Below are positions 9,484 through 18,504 of a DNA stretch of 64,000 bases, in pieces. Position numbers and translations under genes: made by a program. Position 1 is the first letter of the stretch; each line of letters opens with the position of its first letter. Origin of the DNA: Escherichia coli (lineage in GTDB: Bacteria > Pseudomonadota > Gammaproteobacteria > Enterobacterales > Enterobacteriaceae); NCBI RefSeq assembly GCF_009931435.1, contig NZ_CP043414.1. One strand, given 5' to 3'. Below the pieces are notes generated by a model, which was given only the letters and a program-made list of their open reading frames with translations, did no database searches and was not told the origin of the DNA.

Positions 9484-10587
9484 ATGAAATTATCTATCGA
9501 CATTTCAGAACTTATTCAATTAGGGAAGAAAATGTTACCAGAAGGAGTCGATTTTTTTCTGGATGAATCCCCTATTGACTTTGATCCTATAGATATTGAG
9601 TTATCCACGGGTAAAGAAGTTAGTATCGAAGATCTTGACCCTGGTAGCGGGCTTATCTCTTATCATGGCCGCCAGGTTCTTTTATATATTCGGGACCATT
9701 CAGGGCGTTATGATGCGGCTATCGTAGATGGCGAAAAAGGAAAACGTTTTCATATTGCCTGGTGCAGAACTCTTGATGAAATGCGCCATAAAAATCGATT
9801 TGAAAGGTATCATGCAACTAACCGCATAGATGGTTTATTCGAAATTGATGATGGTTCAGGTCGGAGCCAGGATGTTGATTTACGGGTATGTATGAATTGC
9901 CTCGAACGACTTAATTATAAAGGAAGTATTGATAAACAACGAAAAAGAGAGATTTTTAAATCATTCTCATTAAATGAGTTTTTTTCAGATTATAGTACCT
10001 GTTTTCGTCATATGCCTAAGGGTATCTATGACAAAACAAATAGTGGGTATGTCGAAAACTGGAAAGATATATCTAAATCAATACGAGAAAAGGCAAATTA
10101 TGTTTGTAATGATTGTGGCGTGAATTTATCAACCGCCAAAAACTTGTGCCATGTCCATCATAAAAATGGCATCAAATATGATAATCACCATGAAAACCTT
10201 CTTGTTCTGTGCAAGGATTGCCATCGAAAACAGCCCCTCCACGAAGGTATATTCGTTACCCAAGCTGAGATGGCTATCATTCAACGTTTACGTTCCCAAC
10301 AAGGGTTATTAAAAGCAGAATCCTGGAATGAAATATATGACCTGACTGATCCATCAGTGCATGGTGATATTAATATGATGCAACATAAAGGCTTTCAACC
10401 TCCTGTTCCTGGGTTAGATCTTCAAAACTCAGAACATGAAATTATTGCAACCGTAGAAGCTGCATGGCCAGGCCTTAAAATTGCAGTTAACCTTACTCCC
10501 GCCGAAGTCGAAGGATGGAGAATATATACCGTGGGTGAGCTGGTTAAAGAAATACAAACAGGAGCCTTTACGTCAGCAACGTTGTAA
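9484..10587 (+). CDS. zorE: HNH endonuclease-domain protein; ZorE-like (Zorya type II effector)
   Basis: C-terminal HNH signature CNDCGVNLSTAKNLCHVHHKNG...NHHENLLVLCKDCH; starts 3 nt after zorB stop. Confidence 0.6.
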   Translation: MKLSIDISELIQLGKKMLPEGVDFFLDESPIDFDPIDIELSTGKEVSIEDLDPGSGLISYHGRQVLLYIRDHSGRYDAAIVDGEKGKRFHIAWCRTLDEMRHKNRFERYHATNRIDGLFEIDDGSGRSQDVDLRVCMNCLERLNYKGSIDKQRKREIFKSFSLNEFFSDYSTCFRHMPKGIYDKTNSGYVENWKDISKSIREKANYVCNDCGVNLSTAKNLCHVHHKNGIKYDNHHENLLVLCKDCHRKQPLHEGIFVTQAEMAIIQRLRSQQGLLKAESWNEIYDLTDPSVHGDINMMQHKGFQPPVPGLDLQNSEHEIIATVEAAWPGLKIAVNLTPAEVEGWRIYTVGELVKEIQTGAFTSATL

Positions 10588-10597
10588 ATTCCGAAAC

Positions 10598-10623
10598 TCC
10601 GTGAAAGTTAAGACTTTCACGGA
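10598..10623 (+). other. 11-bp stem hairpin just after zorE stop (terminator-like, no U-tract)
   Basis: tccgtgaaagt-taag-actttcacgga. Confidence 0.35.
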
Positions 10624-10796
10624 AGATAAATAAAATTCTCCTGATTTGTGACTCAAATTATAAAAGTCGTTTATGGCATAACTTGTCTGTTTTTTTGGTG
10701 TAATAGGTATAAAGGCATATGCTATGGTTAGCCTTATATTTAAAACTTTCCTCATACGGGTGAAGGTTAAAGCTTGGTAGATAGGTTACAGTCACA

Positions 10797-11406
10797 ATGA
10801 ATAAAGCAATAACGGTGCTTGCTATAATGATGGCTTCATTTTCCGTAAATGCGTATGTATTACCGGAAACGCCTGTGCCATTTAAAAGTGGTACCGGAGC
10901 AATTGATAACAACACTGTCTACATTGGTTTAGGTAGCGCAGGTACGGCATGGTACAAGCTGGAGAAACAGACCAAAGATAAAAAAATGGACAGCGTTAGC
11001 TGCATTTCCTGGTGGACCGAGAGATCAAGCAACTTCTGCATTTATTGATGGCAATCTGTATGTGTTTGACGGCATTGGCAAAAACAGTGAGGGCTTGACT
11101 CAGGTATTTAATGACGTTCACAAATACAACCTCAAAACCAATAGCTGGGTTAAATTGATGTCGCACGCGCCGATGGGCATGGCGGGTCATGTGACATTTG
11201 TACACAACGGCAAGGCTTATGTTACTGGCGGTGTTAACCAGAATATCTTCAATGGCTATTTTGAAGATCTTAACGAAGCTGGAAAAGATTCAGCGTACCG
11301 GTCACCGGAGAACTGGATGACGGTACTGCGAAGCAGTCATTTCAGTCGGGGGATGATTGTAGACAAATTTGTTGACGCTATTTTGCGGTTTTGGCGTGAA
11401 GGGTGA
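10797..11406 (+). pseudogene. nanM: N-acetylneuraminate epimerase (nanM/yjhT) N-terminal fragment, frameshifted and truncated
   Basis: ORFs 10797-11048 and 11062-11406 together carry the NanM signal peptide and first Kelch-like repeats (MNKAITVLAIMMASFSVNAYVLPETPVPFKSGTGAIDNNTVYIGLGSAGTAWYKL; FDGIGKNSEGLTQVFNDVHKYNLKTNSWVKLMSHAPMGMAGHVTFVHNGKAYVTGGVNQNIFNGYFEDLNEAGKD) but are split by a frameshift and end far short of the full-length protein. Confidence 0.6.
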
Positions 11407-11413
11407 GCGTTCA

Positions 11414-12064
11414 TTAATTTGATTTATTTGCATCCATCAACGCTTTTAACTGCTCCGGCGAAAACGGTGGTTTGCGTCGGTGCAACATCGCATGGCAATT
11501 AGGGCACACAGGAAGCAAATCATTAACTGGATCCAGCTGGTAATTCTCTTTAATGGCTGAAAGCGGCACCAGGTGATGCACATGGATAAAGCCTTCAGCG
11601 ATATCACCATAGATCTTCACCAGATCAACGCCGCATACGTTGCACTGGCATCCATGATGTTCGACCGCTTTATCTCGGGCCTTTTTATCGCGTTCATAGC
11701 GGTTTACTGTCACCTTTATCGCCGCACCTTCAACGTATGTCTCCTGCGACGGCAACTCATCCGGGAACAGAACGTCGGCTATGGGAGCCGCAGCGGCTTT
11801 ATCCTGATGAATATGAAATCCCTGCTCTATGAGTAGTTTGACGCATTTAGATTTTATTCCGCCGGTGAAATCCGCAGGGGTAAATTGCGTCCCCGTCATC
11901 AATGTCGCTGCGATGCCAGCAATCGCCTTCGAGGGGTAACGTCGGCCATGATATTCAATCTCATACAACCGCGCAGGCTGGAACTGATGAGTTTCTCCCG
12001 CATCCCATAAATGGATAGCTTCGATGATATACCGCCGCGGAAGATGATCAGGGAGTTTATTCAT
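11414..12064 (-). CDS. HNH endonuclease with about 140-aa N-terminal domain of unknown function
   Basis: C-terminal HHGCQCNVCG...HVHHLVPLS...NDLLPVCPNCHAMLH (zinc-finger HNH); N-terminal region has no motif I recognise. Confidence 0.7.
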   Translation of the reverse strand: MNKLPDHLPRRYIIEAIHLWDAGETHQFQPARLYEIEYHGRRYPSKAIAGIAATLMTGTQFTPADFTGGIKSKCVKLLIEQGFHIHQDKAAAAPIADVLFPDELPSQETYVEGAAIKVTVNRYERDKKARDKAVEHHGCQCNVCGVDLVKIYGDIAEGFIHVHHLVPLSAIKENYQLDPVNDLLPVCPNCHAMLHRRKPPFSPEQLKALMDANKSN

Positions 12065-12143
12065 GGAGAATGTCCTTATACGTTCTCAGAACAGGCAGCA
12101 AAAAAACAAATGAGATCAAGGTAATATATCTTCACTTGCAGGC

Positions 12144-13073
12144 TTGAACAGCAGAAAATTTGCGAGCATGATCGCAATTATTTCACTGCCAGGGATATCA
12201 ATGGCTTCCAGTAAATCGCTACAGCAGGCAATTGCCAATATAAAAATCTGGCACAAGGGTGAACAGCGCGCGCCGCATAAGCCATTGTTATTGCTATACG
12301 TATTAGCGGGATACCTGAATGGACATCCGCGCCTTTTCGATTATGGCTCGGAAATCTACGAACCTCTGCACAGTTTACTGGAACGTTTTGGGCCACAGCG
12401 TTCACAGTACCGACCTGATATGCCGTTCTGGCGATTACAAGGCGACGGATTCTGGCAATTACACAATGCCGAACTTTGCTCAACAGCAGGGAGTAGCCGA
12501 CAACCGCCAGTGAAGGAACTGACCGAACACCGCGTTGCAGGCGGTTTCGATGAACAGCACTATGCCCTGGTAATCGGCAATAAAAAACTCATCAATACCC
12601 TGGCGCAACAGATACTCGAAGCGCACTTCACCGAGAGCATTCAGGAAGAAATTGCTGACGAGCTGGGTTTTGATCTCCAGCAAATCCGTAAACAGCGCGA
12701 CCCGTTATTTCGCAAACTTGTATTGCGCGCATATAACTACCAGTGCGCGATATGTGGCTTTAATATGCGCCACGATGACACCACCGTCGCACTGGAAGCA
12801 GCGCATATAAAATGGAAACAGCACGGCGGTCCTTGTGAAATTCCTAATGGCCTGGCGCTTTGTGCAATACACCATAAAGCCTTTGATAAAGGATCGATTG
12901 GCCTGGATGAAAATATGCGGGTACTGGTCTCGGATGCGGTAAACGGCGGAGGGATCGTTGAGAAACTATTCTGGGATTTTGACGGGAAAACTATTGCGTT
13001 ACCACAGGTGCGTAAAAATTACCCTTTTGAGGGGTTTGTGGAGTGGCATCGAAAAGAGGTTTTTAGGGGGTGA
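12144..13073 (+). CDS. HNH endonuclease with about 190-aa N-terminal domain of unknown function (start may be a downstream Met, e.g. 12201)
   Basis: HNH signature CAICGF...AAHIKWKQHGGP...NGLALCAIHHKAFDKG; divergent from the 216-aa HNH gene across a 79-bp spacer. Confidence 0.7.
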   Translation: MNSRKFASMIAIISLPGISMASSKSLQQAIANIKIWHKGEQRAPHKPLLLLYVLAGYLNGHPRLFDYGSEIYEPLHSLLERFGPQRSQYRPDMPFWRLQGDGFWQLHNAELCSTAGSSRQPPVKELTEHRVAGGFDEQHYALVIGNKKLINTLAQQILEAHFTESIQEEIADELGFDLQQIRKQRDPLFRKLVLRAYNYQCAICGFNMRHDDTTVALEAAHIKWKQHGGPCEIPNGLALCAIHHKAFDKGSIGLDENMRVLVSDAVNGGGIVEKLFWDFDGKTIALPQVRKNYPFEGFVEWHRKEVFRG

Positions 13074-13114
13074 GGTTGATAACTATCGCAGTATGTTCAA
13101 TATTGCTGACATAA

Positions 13115-13297
13115 TCAGTGCAGGATCTTGCCGCTAGTTTACAACTCGCCTTCGATAGCGGCGCAAAACGAGTTCTGTTGCCGATATCCTCGGCTATGGA
13201 TATTCCAACAGTTCCGGCAGAGTTGTTTACCAAGTTTCAGGTAAGTTTTTACTCAGAACCGGTTGATGCGGTTTATAAGGCGCTGGATGTGAATTAA
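13115..13297 (+). pseudogene. C-terminal remnant of a Lon-like protease gene (possibly BrxL-like), no start codon
   Basis: Open frame with no Met translates to SVQDLAASLQLAFDSGAKRVLLPISSAMDIPTVPAELFTKFQVSFYSEPVDAVYKALDVN, resembling the extreme C-terminus of Lon-family proteases (compare Lon AAHRGGIKTVLIPFENKRDLEEIP...). Confidence 0.4.
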
Positions 13298-13628
13298 CAC
13301 ATTCCTCAGCTTATTTACAAAAGGATTATTCCCATTTGATATAATATCAGTGCCAATTTACTTTTTTCAATGGAATATATCTCGGCTAAATAACAATAAA
13401 ACTTATCGCTAATGGATTAAATAAACAATTTTCTAATTTATTTCACCACCTTTGATATAGAAATTGATGGTGTTGTCGCTGCCATTGCTTATGGTGATGA
13501 TAAAATCCACGTTTCTGGATCGGTGCGTAGAAAATCATCACTTCCTTGATATTTTGATGCGATATGATCATACCGTTCCGTAGTACCAATTTCAACTTCA
13601 GGCTAAACCCCAACATTAAAAAAATTAG

Positions 13629-13672
13629 AGTTATTCACTGATTATATTATCAATAATATAATCAGTGAATAA
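13629..13672 (-). terminator. Perfect 20-bp inverted repeat immediately downstream of the 682-aa gene, followed on the minus strand by a T-run; likely intrinsic terminator
   Basis: gttattcactgattatatta / tcaa / taatataatcagtgaataac; minus-strand downstream sequence ctctaatttttttaatg. Confidence 0.5.
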
Positions 13673-13695
13673 CATGGACTATATAATAAATTGCT

Positions 13696-15744
13696 CTAAT
13701 CATTTCCCTTACGAATATATGGGCCAAAAGCCCAAGAATCATAATAAGGGTGATGGACTAATTTTTCATTAAATCGAACACTATAAGTTAATTTTTTTAT
13801 ATTTTTACGTACAGCATTAATACTGGGCAAAGAGGAAAGATAATCTATAAACTTATCGATAGTGATTTTCCCTTCGCAACACTCAAACCCATCAATGATA
13901 TTTTTCGCCATTTTTCCATTTTCATTTGTTTGATATATCACTCCAGGTATTCGTTGAAAAAAACTAGATAATGCATATTTGTCCGCTACATATGTATCAT
14001 CCACATGATATTTCCCACCGAGCATAGTTGTAGTAACAATAAGCTTATACACACCTTTGGGTTGCCATGTTGATGGTAGTTCGAATTCTTTAATGATCAC
14101 ATCAAGATGATTAAGATAATGTTCAGAAATTCGATTTATTTGTTGAAAATAAGAACGCATAAATTTATTATTATGATCATGTATTAATGAGCTATCTCCA
14201 ACGATGTTACACACTTGCTGATAGTACTTACCATAATATATTGGTTGACCATTTGATTTTAGTTCTGTAAAAATCAAACAATCATCCAGGAGAATCACGC
14301 AATCGCACTGATAATTAGCATGAGCATCAATTGGAGAAGCTTTAATCCCCGCATCACGAACTTGTTTTATAAATTGTTGCTCATGAAATCGCCCTTTACT
14401 TGCTTGAGAAATTTTTTTGGAACCAAATAATGACATTAGAGAGCGAGTCACTGAGCTATTTGCTATTAATGCAGGCATTAAGCATAAACCGTCCATACAG
14501 GGAATAAATGGGCAATCATTAAGATCATGTGATTTTGAATTGAAGGTAAAATAATCTATCAGTTTTTTTGCTGCATCTGCTGCAATCCCCTTACGTTGAA
14601 AGAATGATAACCAACTCTCACGGCTTTTTATGACCAGCCAGCGATCCAACTGTAGGGGTATAGGTTTTGTCGATGAAAATCTTTTGCTCATTTCTTCTTT
14701 AGATAACTCGACTAAACATTGATAAGCGTGCACCCAATTAAATAATGATATATTCCCATATTCTTCATGAAGGTCATCAGGAGACATATTTTCCAACTCG
14801 CTTAAATGAAATGAGCTAAAAACGCCATCAGAATTTAAGTAAGATGGCATATGATCCTTTACCCAACTATTTAGATGAAAATGTTTGTTACTAAATTCAT
14901 GAACTTCGCTATATAGATGTGACGCTCTCATCATTAGTCTATTTCTTGCAATCTCATAATCTCGGTATAAACAAAAACTATCAACCTCAAGAGAGTAAAT
15001 GTTATTATCCAATTTTGTAAATACTGCACTACTTAGTCTGAAAAAGTCTCTTACTCTGCTTAATGAGTCAAAAACATTCCACTCATTAAGGTACCCTCCC
15101 ATTGAAAGCAAGGTTTGTTTATTCACACAAGAAGTTAGTTTCAATGGCCCATGAGTCCGTAAATAAGAAAATATTCTTCCGGTGTAATTGGCTACCTCAT
15201 CAAATGCCCTATCGATAACTCGAAAATATTCGATATCAGGTTCAGCATGAATATTAATATTTTCAGAAACGATAAATAATGGAAAAATCCTCTTCATTTT
15301 TTTAGGATCATTGACCACAACCAAGGATGATAATGATGATAAAAACATCTCACAAAACATGATGAGATTAAGTATTAATGCATGTGATTTTTTTGTATTT
15401 TTACGCCAAATACCAGCACATTTTGCAGCCCCAAAGAAAGAATTATTTATATCATGCATAATTTTACATTGACTCTCGAACTCAGAGATTAGTTCAATGT
15501 TATCAGGAAATGAGTTTACTAGCTCATTAATACATTTTTTGAATGTATTGTTATACTCAACTTCAGTCTGAACTGAAAATCTATTATAATAGATGGAAGA
15601 TATTCTCAGCACATCCAAGGCGATATCTATACTAATATCATCTCTTTTTATGTACTCACAAAAAAAAGAACAAAACTGTTTCGGGTCGTTAGCAAGATTA
15701 CTAATTCTAGTGGTATCATAAACTTTTTCCATTTTTCCATACAT
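13696..15744 (-). CDS. Hypothetical 682-aa protein, very AT-rich, no confident domain assignment
   Basis: Single long ORF flanked by more than 600 bp of AT-rich non-coding DNA on each side; possible PD-(D/E)xK-like motif CDCVILLDDCLIFTELK in the C-terminal third (weak). Confidence 0.6.
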   Translation of the reverse strand: MYGKMEKVYDTTRISNLANDPKQFCSFFCEYIKRDDISIDIALDVLRISSIYYNRFSVQTEVEYNNTFKKCINELVNSFPDNIELISEFESQCKIMHDINNSFFGAAKCAGIWRKNTKKSHALILNLIMFCEMFLSSLSSLVVVNDPKKMKRIFPLFIVSENINIHAEPDIEYFRVIDRAFDEVANYTGRIFSYLRTHGPLKLTSCVNKQTLLSMGGYLNEWNVFDSLSRVRDFFRLSSAVFTKLDNNIYSLEVDSFCLYRDYEIARNRLMMRASHLYSEVHEFSNKHFHLNSWVKDHMPSYLNSDGVFSSFHLSELENMSPDDLHEEYGNISLFNWVHAYQCLVELSKEEMSKRFSSTKPIPLQLDRWLVIKSRESWLSFFQRKGIAADAAKKLIDYFTFNSKSHDLNDCPFIPCMDGLCLMPALIANSSVTRSLMSLFGSKKISQASKGRFHEQQFIKQVRDAGIKASPIDAHANYQCDCVILLDDCLIFTELKSNGQPIYYGKYYQQVCNIVGDSSLIHDHNNKFMRSYFQQINRISEHYLNHLDVIIKEFELPSTWQPKGVYKLIVTTTMLGGKYHVDDTYVADKYALSSFFQRIPGVIYQTNENGKMAKNIIDGFECCEGKITIDKFIDYLSSLPSINAVRKNIKKLTYSVRFNEKLVHHPYYDSWAFGPYIRKGND

Positions 15745-16421
15745 CCTATTGTCTAAATTACTATAAAATTAGCCACTTAACTAATAATTATAAATTTCAT
15801 CTTTTGCACCTTGCATTTTTATAACCAATGAAATCTACAACAAGCAACTGATGGATAATCCGATATTGGTCGCATTTAATGGCATGGTAGCAAAGTTTTC
15901 ATCACATACCTCCTTTGCACCAGAATAAACGCCAGAGACCTGAAATTGCGAGTACACTACAGAAATTGTACTGCCGGTCCCATCAGCATAAAACCATAGT
16001 TACACAGGTAATCATCATTATTCACCAAGATAATAAATATTATTCGGTAGAATAGCGTTCTCAGGTGGTCAGTAAAATTGTCTTCAACAAGATGTCTGCG
16101 CATCTCGTCTGCTAGCCCTACATAACTGCTCTCGACCGAAACTATTTATTGAATGTTCACCAAGGTGGGCGTGGAGACAAAATGACGTCTTTTGATATTA
16201 GCTACCTGAGCCACATGGTCAAAACGTTCAAGTAGCATAGCGAAACCACCCTGCCCACGTAATGTGGACGATGCAGCTTCCAGCCAGAGCAAACTTGGGA
16301 CCATCGACTACCAAATGAAGAATACTGAACTGCTTTTCTGGCAGGCCTATATACTGCACGGATATGGGTGATTTCAGACACAAAAAAAGCCGCTCTTGAG
16401 CGACTCGATTTGCATACGGTG

Positions 16422-16506
16422 TGGTGCCGAAGGCCGGACTCGAACCGGCACGTATTTCTACGGTTGATTTTGAATCAACTGCGTCTACCGATTTCGCCAC
16501 TTCGGC
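16422..16506 (-). tRNA. leuX: tRNA-Leu (anticodon CAA), leuX
   Basis: Minus-strand sequence GCCGAAGTGGCGAAATCGGTAGACGCAGTTGATTCAAAATCAACCGTAGAAATACGTGCCGGTTCGAGTCCGGCCTTCGGCACCA, with T-loop GGTTCGAGTCC and 3' CCA; matches recalled leuX. Confidence 0.9.
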
Positions 16507-16701
16507 ACTGAAGAGGTATGCGGAAAACGTTGTGGATTATACCTGTCACGCGCCACCATGCAAGCGCCAGCTTGCTCGCACCTCGCTAAGTGCTGAAATT
16601 TTCAGCATTGCATTCCGCGATGTGTAACCTTTGTCACACTCCAGGCACCCCGCCCTACCATGCTCTACACTTCCCAGACAACACCAGAGAAGGACAAAAA
16701 T

Positions 16702-17721
16702 ATGTCGATGATAAAAAGCTATGCCGCAAAAGAGGCTGGCGGCAAACTGGAAGTTTATGAGTACGATCCCGGTGAACTGAAACCACAAGATGTCGAAGTG
16801 CAGGTGGATTACTGCGGGATCTGCCATTCCGATCTGTCGATGATCGACAACGAATGGGGATTTTCACAGTATCCGCTGGTTGCCGGGCATGAGGTGATTG
16901 GGCGCGTGGTGGCGCTCGGGAGCGCCGCGCAGGATAAAGGTTTGCAGGTCGGTCAGCGTGTCGGGATTGGCTGGACGGCGCGTAGCTGTGGTCACTGCGA
17001 CGCCTGTATTAGCGGTAATCAGATCAACTGTGAGCAAGGTGCGGTGCCGACGATTATGAATCGTGGCGGCTTTGCTGAGAAGTTGCGTGCGGACTGGCAA
17101 TGGGTGATTCCACTGCCAGAAAATATCGACATTGAATCTGCCGGGCCACTGTTGTGCGGCGGTATCACGGTCTTTAAACCACTGTTGATGCACCATATCA
17201 CTGCCACCAGCCGCGTTGGGGTAATTGGTATTGGCGGGCTGGGGCATATCGCTATAAAACTTCTGCACGCAATGGGATGCGAGGTGACGGCCTTTAGTTC
17301 GAATCCGGCGAAAGAGCAGGAGGTGCTGGCGATGGGTGCCGATAAAGTGGTGAATAGCCGCGATCCGCAGGCACTGAAAGCACTGGTGGGGCAGTTTGAT
17401 CTCATTATCAACACCGTCAACGTCAGCCTCGACTGGCAGCCTTATTTTGAGGCGCTGACGTATGGCGGTAATTTCCATACAGTCGGCGCGGTCCTCACGC
17501 CGCTGTCTGTTCCGGCCTTTACGTTAATTGCGGGCGACCGCAGCGTCTCTGGTTCAGCAACAGGTACACCTTATGAGCTGCGTAAGCTGATGCGCTTTGC
17601 CGCCCGCAGCAAGGTTGCACCGACTACCGAACTGTTCCCAATGTCGAAAATTAACGACGCCATTCAGCATGTACGCGATGGTAAAGCGCGCTACCGAGTG
17701 GTCCTGAAAGCAGATTTTTGA
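16702..17721 (+). CDS. ahr: NADPH-dependent aldehyde reductase (zinc alcohol dehydrogenase family)
   Basis: Protein starts [14 protein letters not shown], contains GHEVIG and CGICHSDL; adjacent to leuX as in K-12. Confidence 0.9.
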   Translation: MSMIKSYAAKEAGGKLEVYEYDPGELKPQDVEVQVDYCGICHSDLSMIDNEWGFSQYPLVAGHEVIGRVVALGSAAQDKGLQVGQRVGIGWTARSCGHCDACISGNQINCEQGAVPTIMNRGGFAEKLRADWQWVIPLPENIDIESAGPLLCGGITVFKPLLMHHITATSRVGVIGIGGLGHIAIKLLHAMGCEVTAFSSNPAKEQEVLAMGADKVVNSRDPQALKALVGQFDLIINTVNVSLDWQPYFEALTYGGNFHTVGAVLTPLSVPAFTLIAGDRSVSGSATGTPYELRKLMRFAARSKVAPTTELFPMSKINDAIQHVRDGKARYRVVLKADF

Positions 17722-17724
17722 AAA

Positions 17725-18288
17725 TCATTCGCAGCGCTGATCTGAGGCGCTGCCCTCTTTCGCACATATTCTGTTTTGTCTTATCGCCAGCACAGCCTGC
17801 CGACATTGTTCGGTGACATTGGCAATATCATGGTTGATATCAATGCGCACAATATCCTGTTCATCTGCTTGTGGACGCTCCAGCGCCTCAAACTGACTTT
17901 TTAGTAACGCTACCGGCATAAAATGCCCAGCCCGACGCTGCATTCTCGCGAGAATAGTTTCATAATCGCCATCTAACCAGAGGAAATGAACATGGGGGCT
18001 ACCCTTGCGTAAAATATCACGATACTGTTTTTTTAATGATGAACAGACAATAAATCCTGTTTCATTCTTTTTATAAAGACTGTATGAAGCATCATTTAAG
18101 CGTTCCAGCCAGGGAAGTCGATCTTCATCAGATAATGGAATGCCTTGCGACATTTTATCTATATTTTTGGCTGGATGAAGATCGTCACCATCAATAAATT
18201 TCGCAGACAATAACGCGGCAACCTTGCTACCAATTAATGTTTTACCACTCCCTGATACGCCCATCAAAATAAAGCTTTCACCCGCCAT
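17725..18288 (-). CDS. idnK: Gluconokinase (thermosensitive)
   Basis: P-loop GVSGSGKT; synteny with idnDOTR. Confidence 0.9.
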   Translation of the reverse strand: MAGESFILMGVSGSGKTLIGSKVAALLSAKFIDGDDLHPAKNIDKMSQGIPLSDEDRLPWLERLNDASYSLYKKNETGFIVCSSLKKQYRDILRKGSPHVHFLWLDGDYETILARMQRRAGHFMPVALLKSQFEALERPQADEQDIVRIDINHDIANVTEQCRQAVLAIRQNRICAKEGSASDQRCE

Positions 18289-18504
18289 TTAAAATCTCCT
18301 GAATCATCTTACCTGCGGCGATACTACGCCTGGCGGCATAATAATTTCACGTTTTTTTATTTCTGTTGATAAGAATTACAAGGCACATCACGTTATGCGT
18401 AACATAGTAATGTAACAATTTTCTGACGTGATCTTCATCACAAATAATGACAATTAAAACCGCTTAAATGCTTCCGAGGTGTCTACCTGACCAGTGAGGA
18501 ATTT

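Noticed and set aside
15745-16421. Possible integrase or attachment site between the 682-aa gene and leuX
   Set aside because: Translating both strands by eye gave no P4-type integrase-like sequence and no obvious direct repeat of the tRNA 3' end within the window; the partner repeat may lie beyond the left edge.
16228-16500. 90-aa minus-strand ORF overlapping leuX
   Set aside because: It overlaps the tRNA-Leu gene; I checked it as a possible integrase remnant and saw no integrase-like sequence.
16864-17478. 204-aa and 133-aa ORFs antisense to ahr
   Set aside because: Embedded antisense in a conserved dehydrogenase gene.
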